From: Candidatus Zixiibacteriota bacterium | GTDB lineage: Bacteria > Zixibacteria > MSB-5A5 > UBA10806 | DNA length: 25,210 nt | Direction: 5' to 3' | Assembly: GCA_003520965.1 (NCBI GenBank) | Contig: DOTU01000101.1 | Coordinates: 4,069 to 29,278 of the forward strand | In this document: positions 17,807-25,210 of the stretch, piece by piece | Position numbering within the stretch: position 1 is the stretch's first letter | Layout of the letters: each line of letters begins with the position of its first letter | Made by a program: the position numbers and the translations under genes | The notes under the pieces: model-generated | What the model was told of the DNA's origin: nothing | What the model saw: only the letters and a program-made list of their open reading frames with translations | The model's database searches: none

Positions 17807-17830
17807 AGGGGGATGGTTCTCCATCCCCCT
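17807..17830 (+). terminator. Stem-loop between pilin 1 and pilin 2 (weak terminator or mRNA stabiliser)
   Basis: Perfect 10 bp stem AGGGGGATGG-TTCT-CCATCCCCCT followed by an imperfect U tract (TATTGATTT). Confidence 0.6.
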
Positions 17831-17876
17831 TATTGATTTCCAAAATGATGATAGTTCAACCATAAAGGAGACGATA

Positions 17877-18293
17877 ATGCAAAGGGGAAATAGAAAAGCC
17901 GGCTTCACGCTAATCGAACTGATGATCGTGGTGGTCATTATCGGCATCCTGGCGGCACTGGCTATACCTCGGTTCATGCGTTCAACAACCAAAGCCAAAC
18001 AGTCTGAAGCCAAGCAACTTCTAAAGCAGATTTACACTATGCAACACGCTTACAGGCAGGAATTCAATTCTTACTGCCTGAATGGTATAACAGCAGCTGC
18101 GGGTAGCGCCAACTTCGCCAGAATAGGCGTTGACGTGGGAGCATCTGCACGCTACAGCTACGCCATGGTTTCTGCAGCCAATACATTTACTTGCACAGCT
18201 ACAGCCAACCTGGATGATGACGCCACCACCGATACCTGGACCATCACTCAGGCAGGTACGTTAACCTGCACCATCGATGATTCGGTAACGTAA
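17877..18293 (+). CDS. pilA: Type IVa pilin, copy 2 (3 aa differences from copy 1 in the mature protein)
   Basis: KAG|FTLIELMIVVVIIG; RBS AAGGAG. Confidence 0.93.
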   Translation: MQRGNRKAGFTLIELMIVVVIIGILAALAIPRFMRSTTKAKQSEAKQLLKQIYTMQHAYRQEFNSYCLNGITAAAGSANFARIGVDVGASARYSYAMVSAANTFTCTATANLDDDATTDTWTITQAGTLTCTIDDSVT

Positions 18294-18307
18294 GATTTAA
18301 TGGCTTT

Positions 18308-18337
18308 GGGGGGTGAGTTAGCGCCCCCCTTTTTTTT
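18308..18337 (+). terminator. Intrinsic terminator after pilin 2
   Basis: GGGGGGTG-AGTTAG-CGCCCCCC (8 bp, one G-U pair) followed by T8. Confidence 0.82.
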
Positions 18338-18366
18338 GCTAGATTGACAACAGGATTGAGGCTGCC

Positions 18367-18792
18367 ATGAACACGAAGAAGAAAAATAATTCGGCTGGTT
18401 TTACACTGATTGAGTTGATGATTGTTGTAGTAATTATCGGCATCCTCGCCGCTCTGGCAGTCCCCAGATTCATGAAGGTCGCATCGAAATCCAAACAATC
18501 GGAAGCCAAGCAACTATTGAAGCAGATATACACAATGCAGGGGGCATATTTCGGTCTTTATGATACCTACTGCCTTAACGGTGTCCAGGCTTCCACGGCA
18601 GCGCCATTTGCCTTCGCCCAAATTCATGTGGATGTAATGTTACCGGCAAGATATGTTTATAGTATGGTTTCCACGCAGAATACTTTTACGTGCACCGCGA
18701 CAGCCAATTTAGATACCGATCCCACGGTTGATACCTGGTTGATAACTAATACCGGTACTCTTGTTAATACCATTGATGACTCTCAAGATTAG
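18367..18792 (+). CDS. pilA: Type IVa pilin, divergent copy 3 (about 69% identical to copy 1)
   Basis: SAG|FTLIELMIVVVIIG; hand alignment gives about 90/130 identities. Confidence 0.9.
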   Translation: MNTKKKNNSAGFTLIELMIVVVIIGILAALAVPRFMKVASKSKQSEAKQLLKQIYTMQGAYFGLYDTYCLNGVQASTAAPFAFAQIHVDVMLPARYVYSMVSTQNTFTCTATANLDTDPTVDTWLITNTGTLVNTIDDSQD

Positions 18793-18827
18793 ACGATATT
18801 GCCACTCCCACATCTGTTTTTTTCCGG

Positions 18828-18856
18828 TTTACATAATGATATTAAGAGCGTATATT
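18828..18856 (+). promoter_or_regulatory. sigma-70-type promoter of pilD
   Basis: TTTACA-N17-TATATT, one mismatch from consensus in each hexamer. Confidence 0.6.
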
Positions 18857-18862
18857 TAAGGT

Positions 18863-19645
18863 ATGCATGACCCTCTTTACTTGACTTTCGTTTTGTTATT
18901 TGGACTGGCTTTCGGCAGCTTCTTTAACGTCGTAATCTATCGCCTGCCAAACGGCATGTCTCTTTTAAGGCCCCCCTCGCATTGCCCCAAATGCGATAAC
19001 CTGATAAAATCCTATGATAACATTCCTATCCTGTCATTTCTCATACTAAGAGGTAAATGCCGGCACTGTAAGGCGAGTATTTCCTGGCGTTACCCCGCGG
19101 TGGAGGCCTTAACCGGGGTCTTGGCGGTTGTGGCAATTTATCATTTTGGTTTTACGATTAAGGGGATTGAGGCTGCTCTGCTATCCCTGCTGTTCGTGCC
19201 GATATTTTTTATTGATATGGAGCACTGGATTATCCCCGATTCCCTGGATCTTCCCTGGATTCTCGTGGGACTGGCGCTGGCATTTGTGTCAGGCGGTTTC
19301 GTTGGTTGGAAAGGGGCGTTAATCGGCGCTGTAGTTGGCGGAGGTCTATTTTTCCTGATTATGCAACTCGGGAAAGTCGCTTTCAAAAAAGAGGCAATGG
19401 GGTTTGGGGATGTTAAATTCGCGGCTATGTTAGGGGCTTTTTTGGGAGGCTGGAAACTACTTTTAATCATACTCCTGGCGTCATTTCTTGGTTCAGTTGT
19501 CGGAGTGACATTAATTATCTCCTCCAATAAAAAGGGAAAACCCACTTATGTGCCTTTCGGGCCATTTCTGGTTATTGCCGCTCTTATCGCCATATATTTT
19601 GGCGATAGCATTATCGGCGCATACTTGAATTTAATCCGTCCTTAA
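18863..19645 (+). CDS. pilD: Prepilin peptidase / N-methyltransferase (A24A)
   Basis: GSFFNVVIYRLP, CPKC...CRHC Zn motifs, FIDMEHWIIPD, MGFGDVKF, VPFGPFL. Confidence 0.96.
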   Translation: MHDPLYLTFVLLFGLAFGSFFNVVIYRLPNGMSLLRPPSHCPKCDNLIKSYDNIPILSFLILRGKCRHCKASISWRYPAVEALTGVLAVVAIYHFGFTIKGIEAALLSLLFVPIFFIDMEHWIIPDSLDLPWILVGLALAFVSGGFVGWKGALIGAVVGGGLFFLIMQLGKVAFKKEAMGFGDVKFAAMLGAFLGGWKLLLIILLASFLGSVVGVTLIISSNKKGKPTYVPFGPFLVIAALIAIYFGDSIIGAYLNLIRP

Positions 19646-19684
19646 AATGCTTCACAATAGACTATTTATGCCGATAAATGGTAT

Positions 19685-21472
19685 GTGAAGAAAAAATACG
19701 ATTCCTACGAACTTGAGATAATAATTTCGCTTGGTTTTTTTATCCTATTTCTGCTTTCCATAAATTTTGTCTCCGGTTATTCCTTTGAAAAAGCCCGCAA
19801 AGAACAAGCGGCTCAGTTTCAATCGCAACTTAATCTGGCTGCCGATTTCGCTTGTAACCTTCTGGAAAAAGACAATTTAAAACTTGAGTATTTCGGAAAG
19901 CCAATAGAAGGCAGTCTGGGTACCATCGCCCTTCAGGCAGGCGTGAGAAACATAACTTTAATCGATACGCTTGGCAGGACCATCGTTTCGTTGGAAAGCT
20001 CGCCTGATCCGTCAGAAACGCATATTACGCGGCCTCTGGTGCTCAAGGACGGCCGACGGTTTGGGTATATGACCGTTGGCTCGCCGAATTTGGTTGGGCA
20101 GGAGTTAAGCCGCCTGGCCCGCTGGGATATCCTTTTTCGTTTGGCAGGGCTGTTTGCGGCCCTGATTATGGGCGCTTATTTCATAAGGGCTATTCTGCTT
20201 CCATACCGGCGTATTAAGCGCGAAGCAATCGATTATAATTTTGATTTGGGAAAAGCCGGTAATCAGGCCGGAATTGAATATATCGTCAGCACTTTTAAGG
20301 ATGTCATCGTCGAGTTGGAGGATAAAAAAGCCGTTCTCGAGACGATGTACAAAAACTCAGAAAAACGGGCTGATTCTCTAGCGAGATATAACGAATATAT
20401 CCTTGGCTCAATTTCCTCGGGCGTGGTCATTTGCGATTCAAGGGGAATTGTCACCTGTTTCAATCCCTCTGCTCGAAATATCCTTCAGTACCTTGAGCAT
20501 GACTGCCGTGGCCGACATTACCGTGAAGTTTTTGGCTCTGAGCATAAGCTTGTCGGTCTCCTTGATGATGCTCTATTGCATAAAAAAGTGCATTCGCGCC
20601 TGGAATTCGAGATTCGCTGCTCCGATGGTAAGAAGCTATGGTTGGGATGCTCATCATCCCTGATTAATGATGAAAGAGGGGAGGGCATGGGGGCAGCCCT
20701 CCTTCTTATAGATCTCACCGAGATACGCCGTTTGCAGGAGATCTCATCATATACTGAAAAGATGGTTATCCTCGGCGAGACGGCCGCCGGCCTGGCGCAT
20801 GAGGTCCGAAACTCCTTTGCGGCTATCATGGGGTTTGCAAATCTGCTGCGCAAGGGGGTTACCGATGATAAAAACTCGGCTAAATTGGCTGATGCCATTA
20901 AAAGCGAATCACTGGCAGCGGAGTCTCTCATGTCTCGGTTCTTAAGCTTTGCCCGGCCATTGAACCTTAACCCCGAGATATTTGATATAGCAGAACTTAT
21001 CAGTGCAATATTTGAAAACTTCTCTCATCCCAATTTAAAGAAAATCAGGGTGACCAAACAGATAGATGGCAGTTTGCCGCCGATTCAGGGTGATAAGATG
21101 CTTCTTCGGCAGGTTCTGCTTAATCTAATTATCAATGCTTGTGATGCCTTACCAAACGGGGGAGAGGTACGGCTGAGCGTAACGGTTGATGAAAAAGATA
21201 AGGCAGGCAATCTCGTTATTTCAGTAATTGACAATGGCGTCGGAATCGATCCCGAACTGGCCGGCAAAATATTCGATCCTTTTATTAGCGGAAAGCCCGA
21301 CGGCACCGGTCTTGGTTTGGCATTAGTAAAAAAGATTGTAGTTTTACACGGCGGACGAATCGAAGTTCACAGCCGACCCGGTAAAGGCGCTCACTTTATT
21401 ATTAATCTGCCAATCTTGCGCGATCATCAAATGAAATCCACACAGGCCAGTTCTGCTATGGCTGAAAAGTAA
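19685..21472 (+). CDS. PAS-domain sensor histidine kinase (PilS/NtrB-like)
   Basis: Two TM helices and a PAS domain; H box AHEVRNS, N box QVLLNLIINACDA, G1 DNGVGI, F IFDPF, G2 GTGLGL. GTG start uncertain. Confidence 0.9.
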   Translation: MKKKYDSYELEIIISLGFFILFLLSINFVSGYSFEKARKEQAAQFQSQLNLAADFACNLLEKDNLKLEYFGKPIEGSLGTIALQAGVRNITLIDTLGRTIVSLESSPDPSETHITRPLVLKDGRRFGYMTVGSPNLVGQELSRLARWDILFRLAGLFAALIMGAYFIRAILLPYRRIKREAIDYNFDLGKAGNQAGIEYIVSTFKDVIVELEDKKAVLETMYKNSEKRADSLARYNEYILGSISSGVVICDSRGIVTCFNPSARNILQYLEHDCRGRHYREVFGSEHKLVGLLDDALLHKKVHSRLEFEIRCSDGKKLWLGCSSSLINDERGEGMGAALLLIDLTEIRRLQEISSYTEKMVILGETAAGLAHEVRNSFAAIMGFANLLRKGVTDDKNSAKLADAIKSESLAAESLMSRFLSFARPLNLNPEIFDIAELISAIFENFSHPNLKKIRVTKQIDGSLPPIQGDKMLLRQVLLNLIINACDALPNGGEVRLSVTVDEKDKAGNLVISVIDNGVGIDPELAGKIFDPFISGKPDGTGLGLALVKKIVVLHGGRIEVHSRPGKGAHFIINLPILRDHQMKSTQASSAMAEK

Positions 21473-21508
21473 TGATACTTGTTACTTGCTTTCCTTAAGT
21501 TAGTATTC

Positions 21509-22870
21509 TTACGCGCCGCTCACTGTCATACTCGCCACTCTATACGTTGGTGAAGCCACCGATCCCAAAAAGAGCAGATCACTTCCGATCATATCAACCT
21601 TCATCAGCAAATCAAGCATGTTAGCCGCGACAGTAATCCCCTCTACCGGATACGCAAGCTTCCCGTTTTCGATCCACAGCCCTGCGCCCCCCAATGAAAA
21701 ATCTCCGGTCACAACATTAGCGCCAAACCCCATTAGATTTGTCAGGTAGAGTCCGCTCTTTATGGAGCCTATAATTTCATTGAATGACGATTTCCCCGCT
21801 TGCAAATAAAAATTGAGCGGACCAATAGATGGCAAAGATGAATATTCTCGTCGCGCATTACCGGTCGATTTTGTCTTCGCTTTTCGAGCGGTATAGGAAT
21901 CGTAAAGGTAGCTTTGAAGAACGCCCTTCGAAATGACCTCTTTCCTATTTGTCGCTATGCCTTCTCCGTCAAATGGTGATGAAGCCAACCCCTTAGGCAT
22001 CAAGCCATCATCAACAATCGTAACAATTTCGGTAGCCACTCTCTGGCCAAGCTTATTTAGAAGAAATGAGCCGCCCTTGAAAATGGCATCCCCATCGAGC
22101 GCCCCGACCAGATTTCCCAAAAGCGCCGCGCCGGTGACATTATCGAAAACCACTGGCACTACCGCCGTTGATGGCGTACGGGCCCCGAGCATTCGAACGG
22201 TACGTTCGGCCGCGATTGTGGCTACATCCTGTGGTGAATGTAGATCATTAACAAACCGTGCCGTCGATTGCCAGCCGTTGGATTGAAGCTTGCCGTTCTC
22301 TGAAGCTACGGGATTAACGGTAAGATGACAGAATGTCGACGCGAAGGCGTTGCATTCTCCGGCCGTGTTGGCCATTACCACCGTTCCCTGCCCGTCATAA
22401 AATCCGACTCCATCCGAATTTGTGATCCGCTTGTCATAATCGAACATGGTCCGCTCGGCTTCCAGGCAAAGATCAATCTTTTTCTGGCCGGGGATCAAAT
22501 CAACCTCAGGATCATAGATTTGCAGATCAAGCGTCTTTTTTATCTTTTTCTGATCAGGAAGGCCATTATACTCGTCGGCTGAGACCTCCTGCGCAAGTGA
22601 TATCGCCTGCTCCACTGCCAATTTAATTGCGCCCTTCGAGAAATCCGAACTGTAGCTGAATCCAAGTTTCTTATTTTTAAATACGCGCAAACCGAACCCC
22701 TGGGAGATCGATTCTTTCAAGTTCTCGATCTTTTCCATTCTGGTCGTAATCTCGGATTCCCGTCCCATCTCGATATAGACATCCGCCTCATCCGCGCCGG
22801 ATCGTTTGGCAGCTTCGATTATATCGCCGGCGAGTTTTTCTAATTCAACCTGATTTAATTGATTCACCAT
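21509..22870 (-). CDS. pmbA: PmbA/TldE metalloprotease subunit
   Basis: GFGLRVFKNKKLGFSYS, DDG...SSPFDGEG, SYLYDSYTARK, STGNA, VTGDFS, PVEGIT. Start re-set to ATG 22870 after RBS GGAGG. Confidence 0.92.
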   Translation of the reverse strand: MVNQLNQVELEKLAGDIIEAAKRSGADEADVYIEMGRESEITTRMEKIENLKESISQGFGLRVFKNKKLGFSYSSDFSKGAIKLAVEQAISLAQEVSADEYNGLPDQKKIKKTLDLQIYDPEVDLIPGQKKIDLCLEAERTMFDYDKRITNSDGVGFYDGQGTVVMANTAGECNAFASTFCHLTVNPVASENGKLQSNGWQSTARFVNDLHSPQDVATIAAERTVRMLGARTPSTAVVPVVFDNVTGAALLGNLVGALDGDAIFKGGSFLLNKLGQRVATEIVTIVDDGLMPKGLASSPFDGEGIATNRKEVISKGVLQSYLYDSYTARKAKTKSTGNARREYSSLPSIGPLNFYLQAGKSSFNEIIGSIKSGLYLTNLMGFGANVVTGDFSLGGAGLWIENGKLAYPVEGITVAANMLDLLMKVDMIGSDLLFLGSVASPTYRVASMTVSGA

Positions 22871-22883
22871 TGATTTAACCTCC

Positions 22884-24356
22884 CTATACCCTGGTACCAC
22901 CGACAGTCATCTCGGAAATCTTACAAGTTGGCATACCAACTCCAACCGGTACTCCCTGGCCGTCTTTGCCACATGTCCCTACTCCGGTATCATATTCAAG
23001 ATCTTTACCGACCATGACTACTCTCTGCAATATCTCCGGTCCCGATCCAATCAGATTAGCCCCCTTAACCGGATATGTTATTTGGCCATCCTCTATCATA
23101 TAACCTTCGGTTACCTGAAATACGAACTGCCCATTGGATATGTCAACCTGTCCGCCGCCGAAAGTTTTAGCGTAAAAGCCTTTTTTAACAGATTTCATAA
23201 TCTCTTCCGGATCGTGTTCACCGGCAGTCATAAAAGTATTGGTCATACGGGGAACAGGAAAATATCGGTATGATTCCCGTCTGCCCGAGCCCGTAGATTC
23301 CAGGCCCATTAGTTTGCCATTGAGTTTATCTACCATGTAGCCTTTCAAAATTCCATTCTCGATCAGCATTTTTCGAGCTCCAGGTTCGCCTTCATCATCG
23401 ATATTTATCGAGCCGCGAAGATGGGGGAGTGTGCCATCATCAACAACGCTAACCAACTCTGAGGCCACTCTTTGGCCGATTTTGCCGGCAAAAAGCGATG
23501 TCTCCTTGCGATTAAAATCAGCTTCCAGACCGTGACCGACAGATTCATGCAGCAGCACCCCAGCCCAGCCATTTCCTAACACAACAGTCTGTGGTCCTGC
23601 CGGGGCCTCCTGAGCGCGAAGCATAACTGTGGCAGTCCGCACCGCTTCTTTGGCGAATAGCTCCGGAGTCATCCTATCGAAATATTCGAACCCGATTCTC
23701 CCGCCGCCGCCGTGACGTCCTATTTGCTTATTACCGTTATCTTCCACAAGCGTCATAACATTAAACCGGAGCATTATTCTCTGGTCAGCGGCGAATAGGC
23801 CATCCGAGTTGGCGATCAGTACCACCTTCATGGCATCCCACAATGAACCCTCTACTTGATAAACTCGTTTATCTTCGTCGAACGCCGCCTTATTGGCTCT
23901 CCAAAGGAGATCGGCGCGCTGCTTGACTTCAATCTCATCCGGATAAATTTTTATCGGGGAGTTATTAGGAACGTCAACTGAACGCAAATTGAGCTTGTGA
24001 TTCGCCCGTCCGGCGCCATCGGCAATCATTGAGGCTGTTTTTGCGGCGTGTAAAAGATCAGCCATTTCGAAACGCTCCGAATACGCGTACCCCGTTTTCT
24101 CGCCATTAATAACCCTTATGCCGATCCCCTGCGTAATACCAGATTGTGCCTGCCGAATCTTATTCTCTTCAAGAGAAAGGCCATTTACAACCGAATACTC
24201 GGCGTAGACCTCGGCAAATTCGCCCCCCCGGCTCAAAGCCTGGGAGATTAACTTCTCAATATTCTCCGCTGATAACAGACCGGTGATAGCGTCGAAACCC
24301 GGCTTGACTATTTTCGCTACCGTTGCGGTATTTAATCCTTCGTTCATTTTTTTCAT
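22884..24356 (-). CDS. tldD: TldD metalloprotease subunit
   Basis: GIGIRVINGEKTGYAY, HExxxH LLHESVGHGLEAD, DDEG, GSGRRESY...PRMTNT, GxCGKDGQ.VPV. Start may be ATG 24347. Confidence 0.95.
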   Translation of the reverse strand: MKKMNEGLNTATVAKIVKPGFDAITGLLSAENIEKLISQALSRGGEFAEVYAEYSVVNGLSLEENKIRQAQSGITQGIGIRVINGEKTGYAYSERFEMADLLHAAKTASMIADGAGRANHKLNLRSVDVPNNSPIKIYPDEIEVKQRADLLWRANKAAFDEDKRVYQVEGSLWDAMKVVLIANSDGLFAADQRIMLRFNVMTLVEDNGNKQIGRHGGGGRIGFEYFDRMTPELFAKEAVRTATVMLRAQEAPAGPQTVVLGNGWAGVLLHESVGHGLEADFNRKETSLFAGKIGQRVASELVSVVDDGTLPHLRGSINIDDEGEPGARKMLIENGILKGYMVDKLNGKLMGLESTGSGRRESYRYFPVPRMTNTFMTAGEHDPEEIMKSVKKGFYAKTFGGGQVDISNGQFVFQVTEGYMIEDGQITYPVKGANLIGSGPEILQRVVMVGKDLEYDTGVGTCGKDGQGVPVGVGMPTCKISEMTVGGTRV

Positions 24357-24727
24357 TCCTGCTATATTGTCAAAATAATTACAATCAATGTTATTTACAG
24401 AACTAATAATTCCATAAAAAAGGTTTGCCGATTACTTGTATTTAACATAATGATTTTGTTTTTGTATGTCCAGATATTCGATTGTGGTAGCTATAAGTAC
24501 CTTACGGATTCGTTGGCGCTTTGTAACCCTATACGCAATAATAATTTATGGTAATATTGATAATTGAATCGACAACCAGGCATTTTTTTCATTAGTAATT
24601 GATTAAACTCAACTACCAACTGATTCCAAATCAAAGCGGCGCCAGATAAGCTATCCATTATCAGGGAAAGTTTCTCAGGCGCCGCGAACTAACATTAATA
24701 CCGCAACTAAAATACCGTTACGCGGTG

Positions 24728-25210
24728 TTATTTTACGACTATTACTTTACCGGAGGTAAATGCCGGTTTCCATGAATGATAACCGTCTATCGAGCCAAAA
24801 TATAAGCCGCCCTGTAGCGGGTCTTTGGTAAGCTCGAAAGTATATTTCCCCGGCTTTGCTCCAGCTTTAATCTGCATAAAGAACGTGGCAATTTCCAATG
24901 GTTTATCAGGGCTGATTATGGCCGGCTTTTCAGCGCCTTTTAACGTATATATTCCCGCCAAAGATACGAAACCGGTATCGATACCCTTATTAGTAAACTT
25001 CTCATCCCATTGGGTGACCATATTCCTAAATATGACTGAATCTAATTTGATAACCGAAGGGTTGTACTTTAATGGGATACAGAAACTGCCGACTCCCGAC
25101 CACGTCTTACCGTCGAACGATGTTTCGTCATCAACGAGAACTTGCAGGCCCATTTTAATACTTTGACCGGCTTTTGCTTGTAACGAGTCCAACAGAATCT
25201 GATCCGGTTT
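24728..25210 (-). CDS. Cohesin-like beta-sandwich exported protein, 5'-partial
   Basis: Frame is open to the window end (KPDQILLDSLQAKAGQSIKMGLQV...IPLKYNPSVIKLDSV...EIATFFMQIKAGAKPGKYTFEL...FTSGKVIVVK); the pattern resembles cohesin/CBM3-like domains. Confidence 0.6.
   Translation of the reverse strand, partial: KPDQILLDSLQAKAGQSIKMGLQVLVDDETSFDGKTWSGVGSFCIPLKYNPSVIKLDSVIFRNMVTQWDEKFTNKGIDTGFVSLAGIYTLKGAEKPAIISPDKPLEIATFFMQIKAGAKPGKYTFELTKDPLQGGLYFGSIDGYHSWKPAFTSGKVIVVK

Noticed and set aside
17373-18293. Neisseria-type silent pilS cassettes or CRISPR-like repeat
   Set aside because: All copies are full-length with leader peptides and RBSs; no repeat-spacer array exists anywhere in the window.
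18344-18349. TTGACA as a -35 box for pilin 3
   Set aside because: The matching -10 would fall on the start codon (ATGAAC); not a usable promoter.
17373-18792. Electrically conductive pili
   Set aside because: Aromatic content is only about 8.5-10%, there are no cytochrome genes nearby, and the e-pilin criterion itself is contested.
21509-24356. TldD/E as part of a RiPP cluster
   Set aside because: No precursor peptide or YcaO/cyclodehydratase genes; tldD/pmbA are widespread housekeeping genes.
24636-24685. Hammerhead ribozyme or glycine riboswitch
   Set aside because: CTGATAA and GAAA are only 6 nt apart, leaving no room for stems I and III; the glycine-aptamer GGAGAG/CCGAAG elements are missing.
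115-25166. Numerous short overlapping or antisense ORFs in the six-frame track (e.g. 2793-3290, 3368-3853, 20518-20931)
   Set aside because: They shadow well-supported genes, and show no recognisable motifs.

Overview
Bacterial chromosomal window with no mobile element, RNA gene or CRISPR array. It is largely devoted to cell-surface biogenesis and its regulation. (1) 1-9919: a tightly coupled 8-gene operon (5'-truncated): HAMP-SpoIIE (RsbU-like) phosphatase, ParA-like ATPase, STAS anti-anti-sigma protein, GAF-GGDEF diguanylate cyclase, OPX/Wza-like exporter, Wzc-N/GumC-like co-polymerase, TPR protein and CpsD/CapB tyrosine kinase. The phosphatase and the STAS protein both carry a homologous transposase-type HTH domain. 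(2) 10211-11110: a monocistronic priming phosphoglycosyl transferase with an Arg-rich insert, a good sigma-54 promoter and a terminator. (3) 11416-16953: PEGA protein, Fn3-repeat lipoprotein, membrane protein and a DUF2723/TMEM260-like GT-C glycosyltransferase. (4) 17373-21472: three tandem type IVa pilins behind a sigma-54 promoter, then pilD and an orphan PilS/NtrB-like kinase. (5) Minus strand: pmbA/tldE, tldD and a truncated cohesin-like protein. Gene content loosely suggests an FCB-associated or Zixibacteria-like diderm; this is low-confidence inference. Best candidates for novelty: the HTH-tagged partner-switching/ParA/DGC/EPS module, the (D/E)RR insert in the priming transferase, a TMEM260-like glycosyltransferase next to Thr-ladder pilins, and two pilin copies with about 50 synonymous but only 3 non-synonymous codon differences. 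All assignments come from motif recognition and hand counts; no database searches were run.
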